Shown here one piece after another: positions 8,364-18,268 of a stretch of 64,000 bases of DNA. The position numbers were made by a program, and so were the translations under genes. Within the stretch, counting starts at the first letter, position 1; every line of letters begins with the position of its first letter. Below the pieces are notes generated by a model, which searched no databases, was not told the DNA's origin, and was given only the letters and a program-made list of their open reading frames with translations. Origin of the DNA: an uncultured candidate division Zixibacteria bacterium (GTDB lineage Bacteria; Zixibacteria; MSB-5A5; GN15; PGXB01); contig OY969724.1 in the NCBI GenBank assembly GCA_963702205.1, positions 96,001 to 160,000 on the forward strand, written 5' to 3'.

Positions 8364-8705
8364 ATGGAATATAAAGAATATTTTGGTAAAGTCGAATTTA
8401 GTGATGAGGCAAATATTTTTTATGGTGAAGTAATAAACTTGCGAGATGTCGTAGCCTTTCAAGGTGAAACAGTTACAAAATTACGCAAAGCTTTTCGTGA
8501 CTCTATTGACGATTTTCTTGATTTTTGTGCATCTCGCGGCGAAGAACCTGAAAAGCCATATTCTGGTAAATTCGTTGTACGTGTCGATCCTGAACTTCAT
8601 AAAACCATTTCTATCGAGGCAAAAAAGACTGGAAAAAGCATCAATGCATGGATCTCTGATAATCTATCCAAAATACTTCAAGAAAACACACAAGCATCGC
8701 ACTAA
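8364..8705 (+). CDS. hicB: HicB-family antitoxin (no hicA)
   Basis: MEYKEYFGKVEF, FQGETV, EPEKPYSGKFVVRVDPELH, SINAWI ribbon-helix-helix tail. Confidence 0.9.
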   Translation: MEYKEYFGKVEFSDEANIFYGEVINLRDVVAFQGETVTKLRKAFRDSIDDFLDFCASRGEEPEKPYSGKFVVRVDPELHKTISIEAKKTGKSINAWISDNLSKILQENTQASH

Positions 8706-8746
8706 CTCAGACAAGGCTTACCGCCCTTGCGGGTTATGCGTTGGGG
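8688..8746 (+). other. Degenerate attC site
   Basis: acacaag is one mismatch from the complement of upstream R' gttgtgt; R' gttgggg at 8740-8746; central caagg/ccttg pairing. Confidence 0.55.
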
Positions 8747-8774
8747 GGCGACCCGATCCAGACAGGGGTAGGCA

Positions 8775-9275
8775 ATGAATCCAAAAAAGAAGTATCAGGG
8801 CATTCATCTTTTCTTCAGTATTAGCGTAATTGTCAAAGGAATTGACGGCGCGCTCGAAATAATCGGCGGCATTCTGCTGTTCTTTGTCTCTCCAGATCAT
8901 ATCAGTGCCTTAATACGAGCCCTCATTCAGCACGAGTTAAGCGAAGACCCCAGAGATCTGGTTGCAACATATCTTCTCAATAGCACGCATAGTCTCACAA
9001 AAGGTGTTACAATGTTCGCAGCCGCGTATTTATTGTGGCATGGCTTGGTCAAAGCCGGTTTAGTGGCGGGTCTCCTGCTTAAGCGCCGCTGGGCTTACCC
9101 GGCGGCAATTGTAGCGTTTTTGCTATTTGTTATATATCAACTCTATCGATACATCCATACACATTCGCCTTTTCTCCTGGTGCTCTCTATTGCGGATGTG
9201 CTTGTGATCATACTTACGTTGGTAGAGTACAAACGTCTCAAAGCGATCCATGGATTTGCGAAAAAAACTGAATAA
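8775..9275 (+). CDS. DUF2127-family membrane protein
   Basis: KGIDGALEIIGG, HELSEDPRD, YLLWHGLVK and WAYP motifs; four hydrophobic segments. Confidence 0.8.
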   Translation: MNPKKKYQGIHLFFSISVIVKGIDGALEIIGGILLFFVSPDHISALIRALIQHELSEDPRDLVATYLLNSTHSLTKGVTMFAAAYLLWHGLVKAGLVAGLLLKRRWAYPAAIVAFLLFVIYQLYRYIHTHSPFLLVLSIADVLVIILTLVEYKRLKAIHGFAKKTE

Positions 9276-9290
9276 CAGCAGTGGCCTTCC

Positions 9291-9365
9291 GCCCAACATC
9301 ATCGCTATGCACCTGATCTGCTACAGTCTGCGGCTTTCGCAGTCAGGTGATCGGGTGCGTTTTAA
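9291..9365 (+). other. Terminal attC site of the array
   Basis: R'' gcccaac, R' gttttaa; arms cacctga..ctgc / gcag.tcaggtg. Confidence 0.8.
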
Positions 9366-9397
9366 ATGGAAATAGAAAATATAAATAAATACCCGGA

Positions 9398-11422
9398 CTA
9401 TGATTTCTCTAATTCTTCCTTTATAGCCAGCCCTATCCTCTGTAATGTTAATGGTTTTTTAACAAACTGACCGGCACCTAATTTTTGGGTTGCCTCCACC
9501 TCAGATGTCTCAGCAAAACCGCTTATTATAAGAGCTTTTTGGCCGGGCTTAATCTTTGTTATTCTCTCATAGGTCTCCCGGCCATTTATTCCCGGCTCCA
9601 TAATCATATCAAGGAGGATTAAATCAACGCTGTTCTCCTTTATAAATTTTACGGCCTCCTCTCCGCCGGAAACCGGGCTTGCGCTGTAATCCAATTTCCT
9701 TAAGATGTTACAGATTATTTCTCTCTGGCTGTTCATATCATCAACAACCAGTATCTTCTCGCCTTTTCCTTTGATCTTTTCGATAGGTATGGACAAGGTC
9801 TTATCTAATACTTTTTTCCTTGTTGCAGGAAAATACAGCTCAAAGGTTGTACCATCCTTACCGCTTGTGACATTTATATATCCGTTATGCTCCTTTACTA
9901 CATTCCAGACGACAGCCAGACCCAAACCCGTACCACTTCTTCCCATTACTTTCTTTGAATAAAAGGGTTCAAATATCCTGTCGATGTCCACAGATGAAAT
10001 TCCCATACCATCGTCCGATACGGAGATCACTGCATATTCACCAACCTTTACGTCATCATAAAGCTTTAAAGGTCTATCTACATAGCGGTTCATGGTGGAC
10101 ACCGAAATATTTCCCCTGTTTTCAATGGCTTCCGATGCATTGGACACAAGGTTCATTACTGCTTTCCTGATATGAATATGGGAGCCGATTACATTCAATA
10201 AGGTGCTGTCAAGGTCGGTCTCAATAGAAACTTCCGGATGGTACTGCTCAAGTTTTTTAAACTCCGGAGATTGCAAATAATCGCTTATAATATCATTCAG
10301 GTTAAGAGGCTCTTTCGCTGAGACGATACCCCTTGCGATTGTCAACAGATCCTGGACAATAGCGACCGCCCTTTGGCCGGATTCTTCTATTATTCGAATT
10401 GGTTTTCTGAGAGTACTGTCTTCCGGTAACTCCATTAAAAGCAATTCAGGATAACTGACAATCCCGGCCAGTACATTATTCAAGTCATGGGCTACACCCC
10501 CGGCCAGAAGCCCCAGGGATTCCATTTTTTGTGATCGTATGAGATTTTCCCGAAGGCTCTTCTTTTCCTGCTCTGCTGTTTTTCGGTCGGAGATATCAAC
10601 CCACATAGATAATACATAACTTAGTTTTTCATCGTGATATATAGGCTTTATATTAATTTCAACCCAGGAGTATTCCCCGTTCTTCTTTCTGTAACGTCTT
10701 TCAGCCCTGTGAACGCCTTCTAATATATCTTTCTTTCTCTTCTCGACTGAACCGTACTCAGGTTCATCAATCCACCACGGGTACGGGGCTTTTAAACCAC
10801 GCACCTCTTTACCGGTAAAACCGGTAAGCTTTTCAAATAATGGATTAACATAAATTATTGTAGTGTCAGGACGGTAAACCAGTATCGCAGAAGGGGAGTT
10901 ATCAAGCAGGCTGGAATTAAATGAATTGCTCTCCTTTAATGCCCCTGCAATTCGTTTGTGCTCAGTGATGTTTCTGGTTATTTCTGTAAAACCTGTTACT
11001 TCTCCATCTTCTTTAATAGGGCAAAATATAGTCTCAAAATATTGATCATTCTCTTTATCATGGAATTCTGCTGTAAATCTCTCTCCATTTATTACCCTGT
11101 TTTGTAATGTGTCCCAGTATTCTATTACTTCAGGTCTTCCTGACAATTTATGCGGTTTCAAGCCAGGTTTTATTTCAATATTTAATAATTCTTCCCCTTT
11201 TTTTTTATAACTCTCATTGAAGGCCAGGGATACTCCTTCACTATCACAAATTAAAACGTAATCTTCAGTGTTTTGCGCAAATGCATTAAAGTATTTTTCG
11301 GTTTTCTCCAACTCACCAATTCTTTTAAGCAGCTTAATTTCTTTTTCTTCTTTTGCCTGGAGAAGCTTTTCAAGGTTTCTATTTTTTTCCTCTAAATCTT
11401 CATATTTTTGTTTTTTATCCAT
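9398..11422 (-). CDS. PAS-PAS hybrid histidine kinase / response regulator
   Basis: GGVAHDLNN H-box, NLVSNA N-box, DDGMG, GTGLGL; C-terminal receiver ILVVDD..LLDMIM. Confidence 0.93.
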   Translation of the reverse strand: MDKKQKYEDLEEKNRNLEKLLQAKEEKEIKLLKRIGELEKTEKYFNAFAQNTEDYVLICDSEGVSLAFNESYKKKGEELLNIEIKPGLKPHKLSGRPEVIEYWDTLQNRVINGERFTAEFHDKENDQYFETIFCPIKEDGEVTGFTEITRNITEHKRIAGALKESNSFNSSLLDNSPSAILVYRPDTTIIYVNPLFEKLTGFTGKEVRGLKAPYPWWIDEPEYGSVEKRKKDILEGVHRAERRYRKKNGEYSWVEINIKPIYHDEKLSYVLSMWVDISDRKTAEQEKKSLRENLIRSQKMESLGLLAGGVAHDLNNVLAGIVSYPELLLMELPEDSTLRKPIRIIEESGQRAVAIVQDLLTIARGIVSAKEPLNLNDIISDYLQSPEFKKLEQYHPEVSIETDLDSTLLNVIGSHIHIRKAVMNLVSNASEAIENRGNISVSTMNRYVDRPLKLYDDVKVGEYAVISVSDDGMGISSVDIDRIFEPFYSKKVMGRSGTGLGLAVVWNVVKEHNGYINVTSGKDGTTFELYFPATRKKVLDKTLSIPIEKIKGKGEKILVVDDMNSQREIICNILRKLDYSASPVSGGEEAVKFIKENSVDLILLDMIMEPGINGRETYERITKIKPGQKALIISGFAETSEVEATQKLGAGQFVKKPLTLQRIGLAIKEELEKS

Positions 11423-11898
11423 TTTAAAACCTATTTAAATCTTATGTGGCTATGCGACTTACAATTTTATATACAGGCGATAAAGCGGTGGTCATAGCCT
11501 GAAAAAGTGAAAGGCCGATGGGAGGGGGGATCTCTTCGACCTTTCACATGGTTCAACAGGCAAAATACTAATAAAGATATTAATTATTTTATCGGACAAT
11601 AGATTTATTTCTTTAAACAAAAAAAGCAGAATATGCGAATTCTCCATTTATAATGAAAAGTGAAGGCTTACAGCGCTGATCGAGAAATCTGCCACAGTCA
11701 GGAGCGGCGCAGGAGGACCGGGATGCGACTACCGGTGCGATACACCTTTTCCGGAAACCGGATATAATAATATTGCGACAGATGACTCAATGTGTTAATT
11801 TTAATTCTGTATTTTTCAATAAATAATATTAAAGTGTTTGTATGGTATAAGAAATCCTCAAACGGATAACCTCATATTAATCTGAAAATAATATAGAT

Positions 11899-13059
11899 AT
11901 GGCAAAAGATTTTTACGAAATACTCGGGGTAAAAAAAGAATCTACCCAGGATGAAATTAAAAAGGCATACAGAAAGCTTGCCCGAAAATGGCACCCGGAT
12001 ATTAATCCGGGAAACAAGGATGCCGAACAAAAGTTCAAGGATATCTCCGCAGCATACGATTGCCTTGGTAATGCGGAAAAGAGGAAACTCTATGACGAAT
12101 TCGGTGAAGACAGCCTGAACAGCGGGTTTGACGCCGGGAAGGCCCGGGAATACAAAAAATGGGGGGCATATCAAAAAGAGACGGGCAGTTCATCAACCGG
12201 GGGGGTTTCAGGCGAGGATTTTGGCAGATACCAGAGCTATGAAGATCTGTTCGGTGATCTTTTCAGCTCCCGCAGAGGAGGAGGCAGGGCAGGGTATGAT
12301 TATAGAAGCGGCATGGCCTCCAGCGGAAGGGATATGGAACATGAGATGACCATTGACCTTGTCTCCGGCCTTAAAGGTTTTGAAACGGATCTGTCAATGC
12401 AGACAATGAAGCCGTGCCAGGCCTGTAAAGGATCAGGTATCGATACCAGCGCCGGCATGAGCACCTGTCCGACCTGCGGAGGATCAGGCAGGCTCAATGT
12501 TGCAGATGGACCGATCAATTTCACCAAGCAGTGCCCAACGTGTAACGGACATGGCAGTACGGGCCGGCCATGCCCGAAGTGCGGCGGGCAGGGGCATACG
12601 CCATCCACTGAAACGATCAGGGTAACAATACCAAAGGGAGTAAAGGAAGGGAGCAAGGTCCGTGTTGCCGGAAAGGGTGAACCGGGATTAAACGGCGGGC
12701 AACCCGGAGACCTTTATTTGATCATACACATAAAACCTCACAGGTTCCTCAGGAGGGAAAATGATGATCTGCTCATTGAAGTCCCTGTAACTGTGAGTGA
12801 AGCCATTTCAGGAGGGACAATTTCCATTCCTACTATAGACGGTATGGTTAACCTTAAAATCCCGCCGGGCAGCCAGAGCGGTCAAACTTTAAGATTAAAG
12901 GGAAAAGGAGCAACTGACCCGAAGACAAAAAACAGAGGCGATATGATGGTCAAAATCATTGTAAAGGTGCCTCGGGCAGATGATCAGGAAGCTGTCGAGG
13001 CTGCAAAAAAACTGGATGAGTACTATAAAGAAGATGTAAGGGGAAATTTAAAATTATAA
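11899..13059 (+). CDS. DnaJ-family co-chaperone with zinc fingers
   Basis: HPD J-domain, four CxxCxGxG motifs, DnaJ C-terminal domain. Confidence 0.93.
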   Translation: MAKDFYEILGVKKESTQDEIKKAYRKLARKWHPDINPGNKDAEQKFKDISAAYDCLGNAEKRKLYDEFGEDSLNSGFDAGKAREYKKWGAYQKETGSSSTGGVSGEDFGRYQSYEDLFGDLFSSRRGGGRAGYDYRSGMASSGRDMEHEMTIDLVSGLKGFETDLSMQTMKPCQACKGSGIDTSAGMSTCPTCGGSGRLNVADGPINFTKQCPTCNGHGSTGRPCPKCGGQGHTPSTETIRVTIPKGVKEGSKVRVAGKGEPGLNGGQPGDLYLIIHIKPHRFLRRENDDLLIEVPVTVSEAISGGTISIPTIDGMVNLKIPPGSQSGQTLRLKGKGATDPKTKNRGDMMVKIIVKVPRADDQEAVEAAKKLDEYYKEDVRGNLKL

Positions 13060-13130
13060 CTTGGTGCACTACGGCTTCATACTGTAATGTATAATCCTCT
13101 TCAACAACCCGCCAAGAACAAAAAACATGT

Positions 13131-13246
13131 ATCTCGCAGAGCCCGCAGAGTTCACAGAGAAATACAAAAACTTTTATTGAGATTTTAAAAAGCTTTGCTC
13201 TGTGTTCTCTGTGAGCTCTAGCGATCGAAGGGAACGGGCGAGAGAT
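13131..13246. repeat. Intergenic palindromic element with CACAGAG/CTCTGTG arms
   Basis: agagttcacagagaa 13147-13161 vs ttctctgtgagctct 13205-13219 (14/15); outer tctcgc / gcgaga. Confidence 0.6.
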
Positions 13247-13248
13247 AT

Positions 13249-13557
13249 TTATTTCAGGCTTTCCTTTAATTGGCCGGCGAGGTCTTCCAGTATGTCATCA
13301 AACTGCTCCCGCATTTGAATCATGCTTTGCCTCATCCTTAATATAACCTCAACGCCCGGAAGATTTACCTCCATATCCTCCATGAGTATCTTGGCAAAGC
13401 GAAGCTTATCAAGTTCAACCGCTGAATAACGTTTGGTCGGGTAATCATCAAAACAATCAGGGCATACTATCTCCTCCTCTTCGAGGTACGAAATAGTGTC
13501 CTCATCCATATTGAATATCTCGGTTACTTCGGAAATTGTCCAGTATTCTTTTGTCAT
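13249..13557 (-). CDS. CbpM/HspR-like MerR-family chaperone modulator
   Basis: LRFAKILMEDMEVNLPGVEVILRMR motif; adjacent to a DnaJ-like gene. Confidence 0.8.
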   Translation of the reverse strand: MTKEYWTISEVTEIFNMDEDTISYLEEEEIVCPDCFDDYPTKRYSAVELDKLRFAKILMEDMEVNLPGVEVILRMRQSMIQMREQFDDILEDLAGQLKESLK

Positions 13558-13643
13558 GTGTGCCTGTTTGAGTTATATTTATCGAACAATATATTAAAAA
13601 ATCTGAAATAAAGCAATAAATCACAAAAAGAAAGGTAATAGAA

Positions 13644-14147
13644 ATGGGAGAAAAGACGGAAAAAAATCTTGGGAAGGCATTTGCCGCCGAATCCAAGGCA
13701 TCCCTGCGTAATGAAGCGTTTGCACTTAAAGCGGAAAAGGAGGAATACACGAATGCCGCGAAACTTTTCAAGGCAGTCGCCGATTCAGAATCAGTCCATG
13801 CCAACCGGTTTCTACTGCTGATGCGTGGAAAAATAGGGACAACAGAAGAAAACCTGAAAACGGCCTTTGAAAATGAAATCAGGGCAACGGCGAGCGAATA
13901 CCCCCAACTGATTCTGGACGCAGAAGAAGAACACGCAAACAATGCAGTAATGAAGGCATTTACCCAGACAAGGGATGTTGAGGAACGTCATGCCATGCTT
14001 TATAAAAGCATGATAAATGACATGCTGGAAGGCAGGGAAACTGACTATTACGTGTGCCAGATATGCGGTTATATAGCGAAAAACGAAATTCCTGAAAACT
14101 GCCCCGTGTGCGGTGCTGTCAAAAGCCGGTTTAAGGCTATTGCTTAA
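13644..14147 (+). CDS. rbr: Rubrerythrin
   Basis: AFAAES, ESVHA and EERHA diiron motifs plus C-terminal CQICGY..CPVCG rubredoxin domain. Confidence 0.92.
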   Translation: MGEKTEKNLGKAFAAESKASLRNEAFALKAEKEEYTNAAKLFKAVADSESVHANRFLLLMRGKIGTTEENLKTAFENEIRATASEYPQLILDAEEEHANNAVMKAFTQTRDVEERHAMLYKSMINDMLEGRETDYYVCQICGYIAKNEIPENCPVCGAVKSRFKAIA

Positions 14148-14150
14148 AAG

Positions 14151-15470
14151 TCACCTGGACCATGCCCGTCGATAGATGTTATATAGTTTCTCCGGTTTTA
14201 TTTCCAGGTAGCACCCCAAAAAAATAGCAACATTGACAAATGTTGTTTTTAAAAAACCGTGCTTTTCCCATCTTCTGGCCGATGTCACCGCATTCTCCGG
14301 GATAGTCTTTATCTTCATGGATTTTTTAAGTCTTCGAATGAGAAAAATATCTTCGGCTACAGGGACATCCGGAAATGCTCCTGCCCTGATAAAATCCGCC
14401 CTTGAAATAAAAATAGCCTGGTCACCATAGGGCATATTAAAATACCGGGAGCGCAGATTTGCCATAAACTCGATAAATCTCATTTTTGCGTTATCCATAT
14501 CGGTTTTAAAGCGGAAGGCCCCGACTACGGGTCTTATATCCATGAGGGTTTCAAAAACAAGGTTGGGATAATTTTCCGGAACTATCGTATCGGCGTGCAA
14601 AAAAATAAGATTATTTCCACTGCTGGCTAATGTACCTGCATTCATTTGCAGGCTTCTTCCCTTTGGGCTTTTTACAATCTTCACACCAAGTTTTTCAGCC
14701 AGTCTGATTGATTTATCATTACTCCCTCCATCGACTGCTATAATTTCGGCGTCCTGGTTTGTTACCCTCTTAATGACCTTTTCAATCCTGGCCTCTTCAT
14801 TAAAAACAGGGATTATCACGGATACATAGGGATTTTTCCAGTCACCATGAGGGTTCCATTCGGCGAGATCGTCAACTGTATCAATATCATTGACCGGAGG
14901 AAGCATATAGACAGTAAGTTCTTCTTGCTCCGCGAGCTTAAGTGTCTGCATGAGTACTGTTTCTTTTCCCCATGATACCCCTTTAAAAATATCATACGGC
15001 TCTTTCATACCGATAAGCCAGTACCCGCCATCAGTTGCAGGTCCCAGGACAATATCCTTTTCATTCAAGGCATTGAAGGCCTTCTCAATATGACCTGAAA
15101 GTGGTCCGGGGATATCAGTACCGATGAGAACAGTCTTTTCACAGCCGTCATGTAATGATCTCTTAATAGCGGAGTACATCCGGCTACCCAGATCCCCATG
15201 AGTCTGTTCCGCATATAACAGGCTGCTGCCAAGCCATGTTTTCATCTGCCTGCTGCTTCCACCCGTAAAGCATATCTCGAGATCAATATTCCTTCTTTTC
15301 TTAACTGCCTTCCCTTCATCAACTATATTTTGTGCGAGTTTTCGGTGAACATCGGCAGCGCCGGTGGGTCCAAGATCAGGAATAAGCCTGGTTTTTGTCT
15401 CTCCCGGGACAGGGTAGCGTGTAAAAAAAATAAGTTTATCAGATATGGTTTTCTTTTTAGATGTCCCCAT
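14151..15470 (-). CDS. Fused DUF2064 (TIGR04282-type) and GT2 (TIGR04283-type) glycosyltransferase
   Basis: FTRYPVPGETKTRL, GTDIP, LGPATDGGYWLIG, DIDT; then VSVIIPVFNE, DGGS, FLHADT, PYGDQAIF, TSARRW. Confidence 0.88.
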   Translation of the reverse strand: MGTSKKKTISDKLIFFTRYPVPGETKTRLIPDLGPTGAADVHRKLAQNIVDEGKAVKKRRNIDLEICFTGGSSRQMKTWLGSSLLYAEQTHGDLGSRMYSAIKRSLHDGCEKTVLIGTDIPGPLSGHIEKAFNALNEKDIVLGPATDGGYWLIGMKEPYDIFKGVSWGKETVLMQTLKLAEQEELTVYMLPPVNDIDTVDDLAEWNPHGDWKNPYVSVIIPVFNEEARIEKVIKRVTNQDAEIIAVDGGSNDKSIRLAEKLGVKIVKSPKGRSLQMNAGTLASSGNNLIFLHADTIVPENYPNLVFETLMDIRPVVGAFRFKTDMDNAKMRFIEFMANLRSRYFNMPYGDQAIFISRADFIRAGAFPDVPVAEDIFLIRRLKKSMKIKTIPENAVTSARRWEKHGFLKTTFVNVAIFLGCYLEIKPEKLYNIYRRAWSR

Positions 15471-15530
15471 GAATGTATTCTTAGGTCAGGAACTGTAATT
15501 GATTGGAAAATGAAGAAAATTGACGAAAGC

Positions 15531-15561
15531 GGGGTGAGGGGAATTTAATTTCCTTCACCCC
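15531..15561. terminator. Hairpin downstream of the USP gene
   Basis: ggggtgaggggaa / ttccttcacccc inverted repeat. Confidence 0.45.
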
Positions 15562-15572
15562 CCTTGCATTAA

Positions 15573-16502
15573 TCACGGAACAAGCCATACAGCGCAATCT
15601 GACGCATTAATAAGGATATATCGGGAAACACTGCCCATGAAGAAAGCATTGTCGACACCTCTTCTTCCGATAATCAATGTACCGCAGCCTTCCTTTTTTG
15701 CATTTTCAACTATGGTTCTACCTACGCTCCATTTACTTTCTACGTCCCATATTCTAATCTGATTCTCGCTCAGGCCGGCGTCGATAAACTTCTTCTTTGC
15801 GTGCGTATAAAAACTGTCTACGCATTTCTTATCACCACTTGTAATGACGTCCTCTATATCATCCGCCTTTTCATCAAATTCAATAGTACAGTAATCTCTG
15901 AGTTTCGGGGTTACATGCATAAGGCAAATTTGAACCTCGGTGTTCCCTGAAAGCATGAGAGCTGCATGGTCAACAGCCTTTAAGGCGCTTTCGGAACCGT
16001 CCACAGCCACCATGATCTTTTGTGTTTTAATATTACCACCGACAGCCCACACGGGGGTAGTGTCAGTGTAATCCAGCACGTTATTGGCGATACTGCCTGT
16101 AAAGGCTTCAGCCAGTTTTGACGTCCCTCTGTCACCAACTACAATTGCATCACAAAGTGCCTGTTTGGCATAATCAAGGATTCCTTTTGCAGTACCTTTT
16201 AATACAGGAAGGGATACCTTTTCGATATATTTTTCATCGATCCCTGATTTCACCATTACCTCCATGGAGTCATTCAGTATTTTCATTGAATTTTCTTTGT
16301 TTTTATTAACTAGTTTATTAAGTGCCGAATGTGTCTTTGGATCTATCTTAGACTCTTTAATGAGAAATTCAGATATCTTGGGTTGGATATTGATAAGAAT
16401 ATAACGCATATTTTTTACAAATGAACACATATCGATACAATATTCGATAGCTTTTCTGGAATGAATGCTTCCATCAACAGCAATCAGTATTTTCTTTTCC
16501 AT
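15573..16502 (-). CDS. Tandem universal stress protein
   Basis: Two KI(L/M)xAVDGS...GxRG...GS(I/V) USP domains; start taken at MEKKIL after RBS ggag. Confidence 0.9.
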   Translation of the reverse strand: MEKKILIAVDGSIHSRKAIEYCIDMCSFVKNMRYILINIQPKISEFLIKESKIDPKTHSALNKLVNKNKENSMKILNDSMEVMVKSGIDEKYIEKVSLPVLKGTAKGILDYAKQALCDAIVVGDRGTSKLAEAFTGSIANNVLDYTDTTPVWAVGGNIKTQKIMVAVDGSESALKAVDHAALMLSGNTEVQICLMHVTPKLRDYCTIEFDEKADDIEDVITSGDKKCVDSFYTHAKKKFIDAGLSENQIRIWDVESKWSVGRTIVENAKKEGCGTLIIGRRGVDNAFFMGSVSRYILINASDCAVWLVP

Positions 16503-16646
16503 GGCTATTTCTCCTTGGTAGTCCTCATTATTCATGCTTTAACAGATTCGGTTGTAATAATTACAGAATTGAAACCTTAAACTATCGAAAACAGTCACAT
16601 TGTGTCAATATAAAAGGGCTGTCGACATAAAATGTATTGAGCAGGT

Positions 16647-17645
16647 TCATTCTTTAAATGCAACAATAGCAGCGCCCAGCAATGGTGCATTATTGTTAAG
16701 GATTATATTTACGGGTATTTTCTCCATCAGCCCGGAAAACCGGCCTTTATTTTTAAAGGAATTCATGAAAACATCCTCTTTGAATCTCCACATGAGCTTT
16801 GGGGGTATGCCTCCACCGATGTATACTCCTCCTTCTGTCAAACCGGTAAGGGCAAGATTCCCGGCAGCAGCCCCCAGGATCGATAAAAAAATATCTATCG
16901 TCTTCAGGCACAGTTTCTGGCCTTTTTGAGCTGCTGTTTCATTAATCACCTTTGCAGGATCATCACTTTTTATTTTTTTTGAAAGCCACATCGGCTCATT
17001 GTATTTTCCTGTGGATTTCAGGTAATTATAAATATTAAGCATCCCGATCCCTGAAATAATCCTTTCAATGCTTACATGTTCGTATTCTTTCCACAGGTCA
17101 TTTAAAAGTCCTGCCTCCAGCTCATTGCCGGGAGCGAAATCAACATGCCCTCCTTCGGACGGAACCGGGATATATCCGCCATCACTGTAGATCAGGAGCG
17201 CCTGGCCAAGGCCGGTCCCGGGGGCTATCAGCGAAATATTCCCATTTTTTTGAGGTCGTGACTTATTAAGAATATAAATTTCTGATCCGGTTAAAAACGG
17301 CACTGATGCTGCCATTGCGCTTAAATCATTAATAAGTTTTACTTTTTCCATCCCGAATGTTTTTTTTATCCTGTTAGCAGAAACATCCCACGGCAAATTC
17401 GTTGTCCTGCTCCTGCCGTTTTCAACAGGCCCGGCAATACCGAAACATGCCTTATCAATTTTGAAAGGATATTCTGAAAGAAACAGATCAATGATATCCT
17501 CAAGCCCATTATACTCCCTGCTGGGATAGCTGTTAAAACGCTTGAGAAGAGGACGCCGTTTCCCCTTTATAAAAATACCCAGATTAGCCTTTGTCCCGCC
17601 TATATCTCCGGCAAGGATATATTCTTCTTTTACCGCCATGTTCAT
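16647..17645 (-). CDS. glk: Glucokinase
   Basis: LAGDIGGT, GIAGPV, INDL, APGTGLG, PSEGGH, GGVYIGGGI. Confidence 0.93.
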   Translation of the reverse strand: MNMAVKEEYILAGDIGGTKANLGIFIKGKRRPLLKRFNSYPSREYNGLEDIIDLFLSEYPFKIDKACFGIAGPVENGRSRTTNLPWDVSANRIKKTFGMEKVKLINDLSAMAASVPFLTGSEIYILNKSRPQKNGNISLIAPGTGLGQALLIYSDGGYIPVPSEGGHVDFAPGNELEAGLLNDLWKEYEHVSIERIISGIGMLNIYNYLKSTGKYNEPMWLSKKIKSDDPAKVINETAAQKGQKLCLKTIDIFLSILGAAAGNLALTGLTEGGVYIGGGIPPKLMWRFKEDVFMNSFKNKGRFSGLMEKIPVNIILNNNAPLLGAAIVAFKE

Positions 17646-17979
17646 ATATTGTACCTGTACCTGGATGAAGTTTTCAGCAGTCAGCTACCGGCACTCAGCT
17701 GATTGACTGATCTTAGTGTTTTTTTCACTGATCCGCCTTTGCAAAATGCTATGGCGGGACATGAAGCTGAACGCTGATGGCTTAGAGCCAAAAACGTAAG
17801 TTTCTGTATGAACACTAATCAATATGTCCAGCTAAATCAATAGAAAGCAGTAATTCCCGGTTATAAAATTGCACTCGCTGCTGTTAAGAAAAATTATATA
17901 TGCGACCTCCATTGGCGTTGATCCGGCAAAGGCATCATTTTTCAGGACGGGATCGAACTGACTCGGTACATGTGTTTTA

Positions 17980-18118
17980 TTTTTAAGGATTATGTACTTG
18001 AAGTTCTCAAAACGACAAAGCCTGTAATCCTTAAAAATCAAAACCATAGCAGGGCGAGGTTCGTATATGTTTTCGGGAAAAGCGGCATCACCGGAACTTC
18101 ATCGCATCCATTAAATGC
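17980..18118 (-). repeat. Dispersed palindromic repeat, copy 1 (inverted copy at 49926-50064)
   Basis: 139-bp reverse-complement similarity; internal tttttaaggatta / taatccttaaaaa arms. Confidence 0.85.
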
Positions 18119-18165
18119 AATTTCTTAACCGGAAATTACTGAATAGAAAGATTTATCACCCTAAT

Positions 18166-18249
18166 TTGACTTTTTCTTAGATTGTAACTATGTTAGTCGA
18201 AATATTCGTTACCGATGATTCCCCGGTCAGGAGATCATCGGTTTTTTTT
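18166..18249 (+). promoter_or_regulatory. sigma70-like promoter followed by a terminator-like leader hairpin upstream of slyD
   Basis: ttgact-17 bp-tatgtt; accgatgat/atcatcggt stem plus T-run at 18211-18249. Confidence 0.45.
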
Positions 18250-18268
18250 AACAGACAAAGGAGATATC

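Larger units (their letters stand above)
1..9365 (+). mobile_element. Integron gene-cassette array, distal end; no integrase in window
   Basis: Co-oriented short ORFs each followed by an AAC...GTT imperfect palindrome. The R' before a cassette is complementary to the R'' after it: gttctacctttc/gaaaggtagaac (after removing the IS), gttatctg/cagataac, gttggc/gccaac. Confidence 0.9.

Noticed and set aside
11480..11760. Riboswitch upstream of the hybrid kinase
   Set aside because: A gtgaaagg/cctttcac hairpin is present, but I recognise no riboswitch consensus
17670..17790. TCAGC/GCTGA short-repeat patch
   Set aside because: Too degenerate to define a repeat unit or boundaries
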